Source of the DNA: Candidatus Falkowbacteria bacterium
GTDB lineage: Bacteria; Patescibacteriota; Patescibacteriia; Patescibacteriales; GWE2-39-37
Reading direction: 5' to 3'
DNA: 64,000 nt
NCBI GenBank assembly: GCA_013336275.1
Contig: JAAXUA010000001.1
Span: forward strand, 270,167 to 334,166
Shown: positions 1-9,272 of the stretch, piece after piece
Layout of the letters: each line of letters starts with the position of its first letter
Position numbering within the stretch: the stretch's first letter is position 1
Made by a program: the position numbers and the translations under genes
Notes under the pieces: generated by a model
The model's database searches: none
Seen by the model: the letters and a program-made list of their open reading frames with translations, nothing else
What the model was told of the DNA's origin: nothing

Positions 1-1017
1 GGTTCAGGCCTATACGCTCTTTCCCCGTTCGCTGAAGGCGCACATTATGCCGGGGTGCGCAGCGGATATATAGTAATCCAAGTCGAACAGCACGGCGAGG
101 CTTGGTATGTCTTTCCGACCAACGGCCAGCGCTACTACCTGGGGCGCCCGGCTGACGCTTTCAAGGCGATGCGCTCGCTTGCTCTAGGGGTGCCTCACGG
201 CCTGATCGCTAACACGTCCGTATTCCCCGAGCGTTTTTCCGGCATGATACTTCTGGATGTCGAGAGCCATGGCGAGGCCTACTACATCTATCCTAAGAAC
301 CGTCAGAAATACTACCTGGGACGCCCGGATGATGCATTTCGTGTCATGCGAGAACTCGGCCAAGGAATCACCGACGCCGAACTGAAATACATTCCTGAGG
401 GCGAACTTGATAAGCCGATAATCCTACCGACTGGCAAGACTACTAATATCAAAGTCCCCTTCACTTCCCAGGCTCCATTCGGAGGCTGGTCGGACCAGCG
501 CCAGCAGGACGGTTGCGAGGAATCCTCCTCACTGATGGCCGTACGCTGGGCCACGGGCAAAGCATTGACGAAGGATGAAGCCTTGAAGGAGATTCTCGGC
601 TCATCGGACTATACCCTGAAAAAATACGGCGAATACCGTGACATCTCAGCCGCCGATACGGTTTCCTGGATCCTGAATGATTATTTCAAATACACCAAAG
701 TTGGGCTCAAGAAAAACATCACCGTTGATGACATAGTGGCCGAGCTCGACCGTGGCAATGTAGTGCTGACGCCGATGGATGGCCAAATGCTGCATAACCC
801 GAACTTTACCTCTCCGGGACCGCCCAGGCACATGCTTGTCATCCGCGGCTATGATCCTGAGCGGAAGGTCTTCATCACCAACGACCCTGGCACTCGCAAC
901 GGTGAAGGTTATGAGTACAGTGCCAAGGTCCTTTTCGAGTCCATCCGGGATTACCCGACCGGCTACCACGAACCGATAAGCAAGATCGAAAAGAATATGA
1001 TCGTCGTCTGGAAATAA
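1..1017 (+). CDS. C39-like cysteine peptidase with N-terminal CPR-type repeats (5' truncated)
   Basis: Frame is open from base 1. Two 'QVEQHGEAWYV/DVESHGEAYYI...YYLGRP' repeats, then VPFTSQAP, GCEE (Cys), HMLVIRGYD (His) and NDPG motifs. Confidence 0.75.
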   Translation, partial: GSGLYALSPFAEGAHYAGVRSGYIVIQVEQHGEAWYVFPTNGQRYYLGRPADAFKAMRSLALGVPHGLIANTSVFPERFSGMILLDVESHGEAYYIYPKNRQKYYLGRPDDAFRVMRELGQGITDAELKYIPEGELDKPIILPTGKTTNIKVPFTSQAPFGGWSDQRQQDGCEESSSLMAVRWATGKALTKDEALKEILGSSDYTLKKYGEYRDISAADTVSWILNDYFKYTKVGLKKNITVDDIVAELDRGNVVLTPMDGQMLHNPNFTSPGPPRHMLVIRGYDPERKVFITNDPGTRNGEGYEYSAKVLFESIRDYPTGYHEPISKIEKNMIVVWK

Positions 1018-1022
1018 CTATC

Positions 1023-1050
1023 AAAAAACCGGCCTATCAAGCCGGTTTTT
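1023..1050. terminator. Bidirectional intrinsic terminator
   Basis: AAAAAACCGGC-ctatcaa-GCCGGTTTTT between convergent genes. Confidence 0.75.
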
Positions 1051-1059
1051 CATATTGCA

Positions 1060-1716
1060 TCAATTGAATTTCTTCCAAACCCCTTCGGAAACCACCACGG
1101 TTCGCCCGCCATCCACCTTGATCGCCGACTGGTCATCAAGGGCGTAAAAAGTCTCGGGAAAATCCACCGCCAGTTTCTCCAGATTTTCCATATTCAGATT
1201 CGGGAAATATGGCGAATTCAGATGCGGTCGGACTAAAAGATCGACATAATCCAACCCTTCATCCTTGTCATATTCCCCCGGCACGTCATCATAAAGCTTT
1301 TCTGACATGCTCAAGTCAAGACTCTTACACGCCACCATACTGCCAGCGCTAATCCCGACATATACTCTAGTCTCAAGCAATTCTGGCAACAACGCCGACA
1401 AACCGGACTTTTGCAGCCAATACATCAGATGAAAGGTGTTGCCGCCGCCGAACAAAAAAACGTCGGCCGCTTCGAGACGAGGCTGCCAGATATCTTTCGG
1501 CAGCGCCGAGATGTCAACGATATCGATTGACTTGAAGCCAAGGTTCTTGCAGTTCACCAAGTCGTTGATCAGCCACCATTTGTCACCCGCTTCGACATTA
1601 GCGGCGGTCGGCACGAAAGCAAGATTCAGCTCAGCAAAAGGCCGTCCGGCCAAATCAACTAATGCTTCAGCGATGGACTTGTTCGACAGCCCGGCTGAGG
1701 TTAATAATAATTTCAT
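1060..1716 (-). CDS. Peptidase E / S51 family (class I glutamine amidotransferase-like)
   Basis: LLLTSAG, FVPTAA, GGGNTF, GISAGS nucleophile elbow, RPH. Confidence 0.85.
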   Translation of the reverse strand: MKLLLTSAGLSNKSIAEALVDLAGRPFAELNLAFVPTAANVEAGDKWWLINDLVNCKNLGFKSIDIVDISALPKDIWQPRLEAADVFLFGGGNTFHLMYWLQKSGLSALLPELLETRVYVGISAGSMVACKSLDLSMSEKLYDDVPGEYDKDEGLDYVDLLVRPHLNSPYFPNLNMENLEKLAVDFPETFYALDDQSAIKVDGGRTVVVSEGVWKKFN

Positions 1717-1725
1717 AAGTCTCGG

Positions 1726-2004
1726 TTATTTTTGAAAATTCTTTTGGCAATCGATAGCCTGCTTGATGCACTCCTCTGGGTCATAACCCAGGTCGTCGCA
1801 CCACCTTATCGTTGCAAAGATCATATTGCCCAATTCTTTCTTAAGCTCATCATCCGTGTGCGTATCTTGATCCTTGATGGCGTTGCGCTCCCAACGGCAG
1901 ATATCGCCAAAAACCTTGCCCATCCGGACGATAACCTGGCTGAGGCTCAGCTTCTGCTCGCCCCAGATATCACGGCTTTGTTCCAATAGATTTTTTATTT
2001 CCAT
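1726..2004 (-). CDS. MazG-like all-alpha NTP pyrophosphohydrolase
   Basis: Small helical protein with 'DELKKELGNMIF...WCDDLGYDPEECI'; acidic motif partly degenerate. Confidence 0.6.
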   Translation of the reverse strand: MEIKNLLEQSRDIWGEQKLSLSQVIVRMGKVFGDICRWERNAIKDQDTHTDDELKKELGNMIFATIRWCDDLGYDPEECIKQAIDCQKNFQK

Positions 2005-2005
2005 A

Positions 2006-2551
2006 TTATTTTATTTCATATTTCCAGCCGGGCTGCCAGGCTTTTCGTTTGCGCCAGTCATCCGCAAAGGCCTGATCCCAAGACATTCCCTTCAACAGCA
2101 CATCCAGGGCTAATTGCGGAGCTTTGTGCGCCACGATGGCCACGGACTTGCCGTCGTGATTCGTTTTCAAAAAATCAACAAATTCAGCGATCCGCTTCTT
2201 AACGTCTTCATAGCTCTCGCCGCCAGGAAACCGCCCCATAATGTTCAATTCTTGCATCGGCTCGACGATAGCTGACGGCTTGGCGTTGTATTCGCCGTAG
2301 TTGCATTCGCGCAGCCTGGCATCACTGACAATCTTGGCTGCGCCGCCAAAGGTCAGCTCGGCGGAGCGGACAGCTCGGACCAGATCCGAACAGAACACGA
2401 TATCGAAATGCTTATCCTTGACGATTTCTTTAAGGGCCAAAGACTGCTTGATGCCCAGCTCGGAAAGCTCGACATCGTACCAGCCGGAAGAGATTCCCTG
2501 TTCATTATCAGTTGTGGTCCCGTGGACGAAATAAGTTATGCTGACTGCCAT
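2006..2551 (-). CDS. Histidine phosphatase (phosphoglycerate mutase-like) family protein
   Basis: VHGTT (variant of RHG), SDLVRAVRSA, LRECNYG, PGGES, VAH. Confidence 0.85.
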   Translation of the reverse strand: MAVSITYFVHGTTTDNEQGISSGWYDVELSELGIKQSLALKEIVKDKHFDIVFCSDLVRAVRSAELTFGGAAKIVSDARLRECNYGEYNAKPSAIVEPMQELNIMGRFPGGESYEDVKKRIAEFVDFLKTNHDGKSVAIVAHKAPQLALDVLLKGMSWDQAFADDWRKRKAWQPGWKYEIK

Positions 2552-2569
2552 AAATAAATTTTACTTGAT

Positions 2570-3010
2570 TCAACTCTCGCGAACTGCCTTGATCCTGCTA
2601 TTGCTTTTCTGTTTTAAAAAATTACGGATGCCTTTTCCGGCCAAGGGCTCATCATCATATCTTGGCATTACGTGCAGGTGGACATGATGCGGCTCGATTT
2701 GCCCGCTGACTTTTCCCACATTCCAGCCTATCGTATAGCCGCTTGGCCCGTACTTCTCATCCAGGTATTTCCTAACCTCTTTCAACAAATTAAACATATC
2801 AAGAACTTCTTCATCTGACAAATCGAAAGGGGTGGCCTTGTGAGCGAACGGGATGATGACTCCAGCACCTTCCAAGACACCTTCTGGATTATATCCGTTG
2901 CTAGACAAAAAAATACATGTCGCATTTCGCATAACCTCTTCTTTTCCCAAAACTTTCTTGTCGCAAAACATGCACTCCATATTTGCTGGTGTTAGTTTTA
3001 TAATTCCCAA
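2570..3010 (-). CDS. HIT family hydrolase
   Basis: CMFC near the N-terminus, GYTIGWNVG..SGQ, HVHLHVMPR histidine triad. Confidence 0.9.
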   Translation of the reverse strand: MGIIKLTPANMECMFCDKKVLGKEEVMRNATCIFLSSNGYNPEGVLEGAGVIIPFAHKATPFDLSDEEVLDMFNLLKEVRKYLDEKYGPSGYTIGWNVGKVSGQIEPHHVHLHVMPRYDDEPLAGKGIRNFLKQKSNSRIKAVRES

Positions 3011-3017
3011 AATCGTT

Positions 3018-3695
3018 CTATTTGAACTCTTTAATCACCTTGGCGATTACCGCTTGGACTTCCTTGTCGGCCACGTACTTATAGCTGAACCTTCGCTTCA
3101 GCAGCTCGGTGGCATTGCCATACGTCCTCGTGAGCAGCTTCAAAGCATGGTACAGCTCGACTTCTCCCTGCTTATCCTTGGCGTGGCGCTGAAAGCCGCG
3201 GATCAGGTCATAAACGACATGGGCTTCGCAGACCGGCAAATACTTGCCTTCATTAATAGGAGCATAAGCCGTGATTGTTTTTTTATCTTTCAACACGGCA
3301 CCGACGAAGCGGTGCATGCCATCGAGGACCCTGTACATCCCGCTTTCATCCGGCCCTCGCAGCAATATCGGTTCACTTCCGAATGATGCTTCAGTTTCGA
3401 ACTTTTTCCTGACAACCGCATTCTTTGCCATCAAATCGCTAAACTTCTCGACAGATTTATCGCACCGTTCGAGCAATATCTTATTCCACCCAGGGTTGGT
3501 TCCGGTAAAAAGAATCTTCTCCACAGGCAGCTTAATCTTCCTATATTTGATCTTAGGATTTGCCAAGTAATCGCCGATCCAATTCAAACCCACCCCGGCA
3601 TTGACCAGGATCCGACCGCGTGGATCAAGCTGCTTCTTGCTCTTAGACTCTTCGTGAGCGGCTAAATCGCTCAAATACTTTTCAAATTTATTCAT
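3018..3695 (-). CDS. Hypothetical protein with ParB/Srx-like motif
   Basis: PILLR...YRVLDGMHRF resembles the ParB N-terminal 'DGxHR' motif. Confidence 0.55.
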   Translation of the reverse strand: MNKFEKYLSDLAAHEESKSKKQLDPRGRILVNAGVGLNWIGDYLANPKIKYRKIKLPVEKILFTGTNPGWNKILLERCDKSVEKFSDLMAKNAVVRKKFETEASFGSEPILLRGPDESGMYRVLDGMHRFVGAVLKDKKTITAYAPINEGKYLPVCEAHVVYDLIRGFQRHAKDKQGEVELYHALKLLTRTYGNATELLKRRFSYKYVADKEVQAVIAKVIKEFK

Positions 3696-3699
3696 AATT

Positions 3700-4140
3700 T
3701 CACAATCCTATCTCGCTATAATGAACCCCCATGCGGATATCATCTAATGCCTGTTTAACTTCGGGCAAAACATTTTTCGGAAGATTATCCAAAGGGTACC
3801 AGGCCAATTCGTCGCACTTCTCCGGCTCCATGTTCTTGACTTCCCCGCTCCATTTGCTGGCCGTGAGGTAAATATCAAAATATTCCCGGTCCGATGAGAT
3901 GCGATGCATGACATGCGAGACTTCAAGGTCGACCGATTCCAGCACGATTCCAGCCTCTTCTGCCGCTTCACGGATGATGCATTGCGAGGCCGTCTCTCCG
4001 CCGTCGAGATGTCCGGCCACCAAGCTGTAATTGCCGTCTTGGTACCCGGTGTTATAGCGCCGCAAAAGCAAAACCTGGCCATCTTTGACCAAAACCAGAT
4101 AGGCCGCGACATAGGCCCTGAATCGTTCTTTGTGTGACAT
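3700..4140 (-). CDS. Nudix hydrolase
   Basis: Nudix box GHLDGGETASQCIIREAAEEAGI; NMEPEKCDELAW. Confidence 0.92.
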   Translation of the reverse strand: MSHKERFRAYVAAYLVLVKDGQVLLLRRYNTGYQDGNYSLVAGHLDGGETASQCIIREAAEEAGIVLESVDLEVSHVMHRISSDREYFDIYLTASKWSGEVKNMEPEKCDELAWYPLDNLPKNVLPEVKQALDDIRMGVHYSEIGL

Positions 4141-4145
4141 AAGAA

Positions 4146-4571
4146 TTACTTACCTCGCTCATTAATAAAGGCTTCGATATCTTCAAGCATGCTCTGCTTG
4201 GTAACCATCTCCCGTGCTTCTTCCGGCGTCACCCACCTCCAGTCCGAATGCTCTTCAGATATCCTGATATCATCGGTATTCGTCTTGCACCAATACATTA
4301 TTCCGACCAACTCATTTTCAGCGATCCTCTCGCCTCTAAAGATGTGAAAAATCGAAATCGGTTTTATGATTTCAATATCTGCTCCGGTCTCTTCCATGAC
4401 TTCGCGCCTCAAGCCGACCTCCGGCTCCTCGAATTGGTGAAGGCGCCCCGTGACATATTCCCAGATTCCAGGAGAAAAGTCCTTTTCATCACTTCGCTTG
4501 AGCAACAATATCTTGCCAGTAGCCGCATTCTCGATTATCGCCCCAGTGGCGACCAAAAATCTTCCATTCAT
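4146..4571 (-). CDS. Nudix hydrolase
   Basis: GRLHQFEEPEVGLRREVMEETG; SEEHSDWRW. Confidence 0.92.
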   Translation of the reverse strand: MNGRFLVATGAIIENAATGKILLLKRSDEKDFSPGIWEYVTGRLHQFEEPEVGLRREVMEETGADIEIIKPISIFHIFRGERIAENELVGIMYWCKTNTDDIRISEEHSDWRWVTPEEAREMVTKQSMLEDIEAFINERGK

Positions 4572-5191
4572 AATTCAGTAGATAAGGGTTTATCAAAGTA
4601 AAAGTCCGACTCGCTGTTTTCATTGATTCCGTCCAAAAAATAGGCCAGCTTGAATCTTGTTTTACCGCCCCAGATGATATTTTCCAAGCGGCAGCAGCCA
4701 AAATATGACAAAGTTTCGAAGGTAAAATTCTTCGGTACCCTGATCACTATATTCGATGTGATATAGCGCTTGGTCAAATCGAACATCGCCTTCATGCTCG
4801 GCTGCGTGTCTTCTATATTATCAACGTGGAGGGATTTTTTTTCGCCGGCAACGCTCCAATCCGGGTCAAGTATAGCAACCTCTGCCGAAATGTTCTTCAG
4901 CAAGTTTTCATCAAGCACATCGCCGACTATGAATTCTATCTTGTCGGCAACACCGTACAGTTCGGCGTTATATTTGGCATCCTTGATTCTATCGGGACTG
5001 ATATCCACTCCGATCACTTTTTCCATGCGGCGAGCCAGCGGTATCACTGCCATGCCGACAGCACAGCACAGTTCGACCGCCGAATTGAAGCGTGACAGCT
5101 GATTGGCGATATGCTCGCCGACGACTTCGGGGCAGCTCATGTAATACGCATCCTCATCAGCCTGGATAGCCTTTAAAAACTTCTGTTCCAT
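4568..5191 (-). CDS. Class I SAM-dependent methyltransferase, TGS1/RsmD-like
   Basis: VELCCAVG motif I, VIGVDISPDRI..AKYNAELYGV..IEFIVGD, ILDPDW (compare SPPW/DPPW). Confidence 0.75.
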   Translation of the reverse strand: MEQKFLKAIQADEDAYYMSCPEVVGEHIANQLSRFNSAVELCCAVGMAVIPLARRMEKVIGVDISPDRIKDAKYNAELYGVADKIEFIVGDVLDENLLKNISAEVAILDPDWSVAGEKKSLHVDNIEDTQPSMKAMFDLTKRYITSNIVIRVPKNFTFETLSYFGCCRLENIIWGGKTRFKLAYFLDGINENSESDFYFDKPLSTEL

Positions 5192-5198
5192 AGTTTCA

Positions 5199-5537
5199 TC
5201 ACTCTACCACTCTTTCCAGGATTATTCTTTGTCCGAATCCTCCCCGCTCCTCTGCCTTTTTACGACGCACAGCCTCAAGACTTGATAAGTCGACGTTTTT
5301 CAAAACGCATATCGCATGCAAGACTTCCAAAATGTCAGCGGCTTCTTCTGCCGAGGGGTTTTCCAAAAACTCAGCCACCTCTTCGTGCAGCTTTCTCTCA
5401 AGCGCCTCGCCATATTCCCCAGCGGCGGCAATATGGGTGATCGGCAGCTTACCTTTTGCCTTGATGATTTCCGGAATCTTGTCCCTGACTAATTTATCGT
5501 ATTCCATGCTAATTGATTTTTTTAGTATCGTTTTCAT
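5199..5537 (-). CDS. MazG-like / phosphoribosyl-ATP pyrophosphohydrolase family protein
   Basis: YDKLVRDKIPEII, KLHEEVAEF, EEAADILEV, ERGGF; start may be 5507. Confidence 0.85.
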   Translation of the reverse strand: MKTILKKSISMEYDKLVRDKIPEIIKAKGKLPITHIAAAGEYGEALERKLHEEVAEFLENPSAEEAADILEVLHAICVLKNVDLSSLEAVRRKKAEERGGFGQRIILERVVE

Positions 5538-5541
5538 AAAA

Positions 5542-5775
5542 TCAGTCTCCTACCGGCTTGAATCTCAAGATTTCCTTGCCGTCAATCACGACTGTTTCAA
5601 GAAACATTTTCATCGGCCGAACCCACAGTGAATTATCACCGAATTTTTCGTGCTCATACAGCGCCCTGTAGACCACCAATTCCTCAAGGGTTTCGCTATG
5701 ATGCGCCACGCCAATGACTTCGTAATAGTTCCCTTTGTAGTGTTGGTACTTTCCTAATTTCATAAAATTGCCCAC
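5542..5775 (-). CDS. DUF1653 family protein
   Basis: GKYQHYKGNYYEV...HSETLEELVVYRALY...WVRPMKMF; start may be 5763. Confidence 0.9.
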   Translation of the reverse strand: MGNFMKLGKYQHYKGNYYEVIGVAHHSETLEELVVYRALYEHEKFGDNSLWVRPMKMFLETVVIDGKEILRFKPVGD

Positions 5776-5778
5776 GAA

Positions 5779-6228
5779 TTATCTTTGACCCAACAATTCA
5801 ATCGCCTCCAGAGCCAGCGGTTTTACATTCGCCGGAGCGTCTTCAATCGTCCTTATCTCATCCGCCGTAAACCATTTCAGCTTGGACGTTTCTCCATCTT
5901 GCGGGTTGAGTGCGTCCGTCTGAGAAGTGGCGTAATATATGAAATCGATATGCTGGTGGAATTGGTTGATATCCTCGAGCAAGAGATGCGCCGGACGGAT
6001 CAGCTGCATCACGTCGCCCATCTCTATTTGCGGATCAGGAGAATATAGCTCAACATCCAAGCCCGTCTCTTCCCTCACCTCCCTCAGGGCTGCCGCCTGG
6101 GGCAGCTCGTCCCGGTCGATATGGCCTCCGACCGGAATCCAGAAACATAGCTTTTTGTGGTGATGCAGGAGCACCTTGTCCTTGTGCACGATAAAGGTGG
6201 TAGCGGTAAAATGCTTGGTAATTTCCAT
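5779..6228 (-). CDS. Nudix hydrolase
   Basis: HFTAT, GGHIDRDELPQAAALREVREETGL, HQHIDFIY. Confidence 0.92.
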   Translation of the reverse strand: MEITKHFTATTFIVHKDKVLLHHHKKLCFWIPVGGHIDRDELPQAAALREVREETGLDVELYSPDPQIEMGDVMQLIRPAHLLLEDINQFHQHIDFIYYATSQTDALNPQDGETSKLKWFTADEIRTIEDAPANVKPLALEAIELLGQR

Positions 6229-6278
6229 ATTGGCGTTTTACTTGATAAACGAAAACTTTGGAAAACGGCTATCTGTTT

Positions 6279-6653
6279 TCACAGATAGCCCTGCTGACGG
6301 AGGTGGGCGACGATCTTGATTAAGGCGTCGCTGAGATTGTAAGTCTCGGGCTGGTCGGTCCATTCTGCCGCATTGATTTCGGCCTTAGGAAAGACCTTAC
6401 CGCTGCCGTCGGCCATATAGACCTGAGCGGCAAAAGTGTAACCCTTATAAGGCGCTGTGCCGATGAACTCCCCAAGAAAGACCGGCGGCTCCATTTCGAG
6501 TCCTGAAAGCTCCTCGCCCAATTCCCGCATGAGGCAATCAAGGTCAGCCTCGCCGTCCTCAGGTTTGCCGCCCGGCAAAATCCAGAACTCGCCCTTGCGC
6601 ACCAACAGGATACGCCCTTGATCGATAACCACTACACAGATGACTCTTCTCAT
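6279..6653 (-). CDS. Nudix hydrolase (SD-led)
   Basis: LPGGKPEDGEADLDCLMRELGEEL. Start placed at ATG 6653 behind GGAGGTTGGAGGC; the ORF track starts at 6680. Confidence 0.85.
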   Translation of the reverse strand: MRRVICVVVIDQGRILLVRKGEFWILPGGKPEDGEADLDCLMRELGEELSGLEMEPPVFLGEFIGTAPYKGYTFAAQVYMADGSGKVFPKAEINAAEWTDQPETYNLSDALIKIVAHLRQQGYL

Positions 6654-6734
6654 GCCTCCAACCTCCATTGATAAGATCATCTCCTTTCCAAAATATTCGT
6701 TAATAGGTGCAAATTACAACTAAATAATACTTAA

Positions 6735-7121
6735 TTATTTTCTGTACAAATATAACATTAATCCATAAATAAACACTGAAGAGACAACCATAATAATGCC
6801 CATGTATATTTTTCCATCAAAGAAAAAGTTTATAGCAAAACCCACACCAACTGCGGATGCAAAAAATTTTATTAGCTCAGGTAAAAAAATAGTTTTTAAC
6901 CTATAATCCATTAGGTTATTTTTCTTTTCGAGTTCGTGATTAGTGCTTCGAAGCTTTTCCAACTCATTTTGACTTTGTTTGAGGGATTTCTTAAGTGAAG
7001 CAACCTCATCCTTTAGATTGCCATTTTCAGCAAATAAAATTTTGCCCACTCCAGAATTGCACAGTTCCTTATCTTTGAGCTGTGAAATTGGCTTATTGTT
7101 TTTTTTCTTACGAGTGTTCAC
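6735..7121 (-). CDS. Hypothetical coiled-coil protein with two C-terminal TM helices (AT-rich insert)
   Basis: Heptad-rich LKDEVASLKKSLKQSQNELEKL, then two hydrophobic segments. A GTG start at 7121 overlaps the upstream TGA (GTGA). Confidence 0.6.
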   Translation of the reverse strand: MNTRKKKNNKPISQLKDKELCNSGVGKILFAENGNLKDEVASLKKSLKQSQNELEKLRSTNHELEKKNNLMDYRLKTIFLPELIKFFASAVGVGFAINFFFDGKIYMGIIMVVSSVFIYGLMLYLYRK

Positions 7122-7492
7122 TTTTTTATAAATAGTTCTCGTGGCTCCATGTCTGACCACCCATATCTCTTAAACGGTTTAAACGGTTTAAACTGCTTAA
7201 AGGGTCTAAATGGTTCATGCTCGACAAACATTGGGAATGGCTTAAATTGTTTGAATGGTAAAAAAGGCCTTGGCGCATCTGTTGGATGCTTGCCAAAGCC
7301 AACACAGTTACCACCATGATCCCTCATTATACCATTTTCAAACCAGCCAACATGTTGCCCAGAGTAATTATATAGATTTGTCCCATCAAGAAAACCAATG
7401 CTTTTGCCATCAAAGCCAACCAGCCTTCCATTGTCAAGAAGTCTTATACCTGGCTTTCCATATCGATTGTATATTACATCGATTTCTTTCAT
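7118..7492 (-). CDS. Probable 4-fold beta-flower domain protein with PFK-repeat tail
   Basis: Repeated Y/F-x-x-x-G-x-x-hG-F/W units (YNRYGKPG, GFDGKSIGF, NYSGQHVGW, DHGGNCVGF), then PFKQFKPF repeats. Confidence 0.6.
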   Translation of the reverse strand: MKEIDVIYNRYGKPGIRLLDNGRLVGFDGKSIGFLDGTNLYNYSGQHVGWFENGIMRDHGGNCVGFGKHPTDAPRPFLPFKQFKPFPMFVEHEPFRPFKQFKPFKPFKRYGWSDMEPRELFIKK

Positions 7493-7575
7493 ATATTTAT
7501 ATTACCTATTTGGCAATTATTACGGATTTCACATTTCATTGTCACGAATATCACTTGATTCATTTACCGCTCGAT

Positions 7576-9069
7576 TTATTTCAACTTCACAGCTCCAGCC
7601 CTGATCCTATCAATCGCCTTTTCCTTACCTAGAGCCTCGGCTACTTCGAATGGTCCTGGGCTTTTATCCCGGCCGGTCATGGCGACGCGTGCCGGCCAGA
7701 GGACCTCGCCGACGGTGATCATAGCGCTTCGGATATGGTTCATCAGTGCCTCTTCGATAGTGAACCTGGTCCATTCGGTTTCGGGGATGCGCTCAAGGAC
7801 ATCAGCTGCTGCCTCGAGATTCTTCTTGGTGGTTTCGGCGTCGCTCTTCTTCCAGACCAAAAGCGAACCTTCATATTTCAGTTTCGGCTGGAATAAGTAG
7901 TCGGTGAGGTCATTGATTTCTGATAATTTCTTCAAACGGTCATGAGCCAAGCCGACGAACAGCTCAAGCTGCTGGCGGCTGACTTTTTCTCCCGTCAAAT
8001 TATTGAGCCACTGCCCGTCTTGGACATCAAGCAACTTACCCTCGACCAAGTACGGCAAGACCAGGTCAACGAGCTCATGCACCGTCTTCTGGCGGATGTA
8101 ATGGCCATTGATATAATCCAGCTTCTCGGTATCGAAGATCGCCGGGCTGGTGCCGATATCTTTGATCTTGAATTCGCTGATGATCTGGTCCAAGGGCATG
8201 ATTTCCGTATCGCTCTTCGAATGCCAGCCCAGAAGGGCGCAAAAATTGAGCAGCGCCTCCGGCAAGTACCCCTTCGTTCGGTAATCCTCGACCGCAACGT
8301 CGCCATGGCGTTTGGAGAGCTTGCCGCCCTCCTTATTCAAGACCAGCGGGATGTGGACGAACTTGGGCGGTTCCCAGCCGAAGTTCCGATAGAGTAAAAC
8401 GTTCTTAGGAAAGGATGAAAGCCATTCGTCGCCGCGCACCACGTGGCTGATCTCCATCAGGTGGTCGTCGACCACGTTGGCGAATTGGTAGGTCGGCATC
8501 CCGTCAGTCTTGATGAGCACATGGTCCTCCAGATTCTCCGCCTTGAAGGTGATGTCTCCGCGCAACTCATCAAAAGCCGTGACCTCGCCCTCGAGCGGCA
8601 TGGCTTGGCGAATGGTGAAGGCGTCTCCTCGAGCGACGCGAGCCTCGACTTCTTCCGAGGACAGGTTGCGGCACCGGCGGTCGTAGCGCGGCGGCAGCTT
8701 GTTAGCCATCTGTTCCTCCTTCATGGCCGCGATCTCCTCGGACGAGCAGAAACAGCGGTAGGCGTGGCCGCTCTCCAGAATCTCCGCGGCGTACCGGTCA
8801 TAGATATCGCGGCGCTGGCTCTGGACATAGGGTCCGAACGGTCCGCCGGAAAGCGGGCTCTCGTCGAAATGGATATCGAGCCAGGCCAGAATCTCGACCA
8901 GGTGCTCGGCGGCACCAGCCACCTCGCGTTTCTGGTCGGTATCCTCGATGCGCAGAATGAAAGTGCCCTCCAGTGCTTTGACGATGAGGTAGTTGAATAA
9001 GACAGTGCGCAGGCTGCCGATATGCAGGAAACCGGTCGGCGATGGCGCGAAACGGACGCGAGTACTCAT
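7576..9069 (-). CDS. gltX: Glutamate--tRNA ligase
   Basis: RVRFAPSPTGFLHIG (HIGH), RIEDTD, KLSKR. Confidence 0.97.
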   Translation of the reverse strand: MSTRVRFAPSPTGFLHIGSLRTVLFNYLIVKALEGTFILRIEDTDQKREVAGAAEHLVEILAWLDIHFDESPLSGGPFGPYVQSQRRDIYDRYAAEILESGHAYRCFCSSEEIAAMKEEQMANKLPPRYDRRCRNLSSEEVEARVARGDAFTIRQAMPLEGEVTAFDELRGDITFKAENLEDHVLIKTDGMPTYQFANVVDDHLMEISHVVRGDEWLSSFPKNVLLYRNFGWEPPKFVHIPLVLNKEGGKLSKRHGDVAVEDYRTKGYLPEALLNFCALLGWHSKSDTEIMPLDQIISEFKIKDIGTSPAIFDTEKLDYINGHYIRQKTVHELVDLVLPYLVEGKLLDVQDGQWLNNLTGEKVSRQQLELFVGLAHDRLKKLSEINDLTDYLFQPKLKYEGSLLVWKKSDAETTKKNLEAAADVLERIPETEWTRFTIEEALMNHIRSAMITVGEVLWPARVAMTGRDKSPGPFEVAEALGKEKAIDRIRAGAVKLK

Positions 9070-9071
9070 GG

Positions 9072-9272
9072 CTATTTGTTTAAGATATTAATGATGTATG
9101 GGAAAAGGAAAAACGCCAACGCGAGAGACAAGACCAAAAGCGTGAAGCTCAAGCCGATGACCCAGCGCTGCAGGCGCCAGACCTTCTCTGCCAGCTTTTC
9201 CCGATCCTTTTTCAAAAGCTGGTTGGTGATGTCGTTCAGGAGATAGATGTATTTTTTGAATTGGAGTTTCAT
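9072..9272 (-). CDS. Small membrane protein
   Basis: ATG 9272 overlaps the upstream stop (ATGA); one C-terminal TM helix. Confidence 0.5.
   Translation of the reverse strand: MKLQFKKYIYLLNDITNQLLKKDREKLAEKVWRLQRWVIGLSFTLLVLSLALAFFLFPYIINILNK

Noticed and set aside
1060..7492. Integron cassette array
   Set aside because: Genes abut or overlap, with no attC-like spacers and no integrase in the window.
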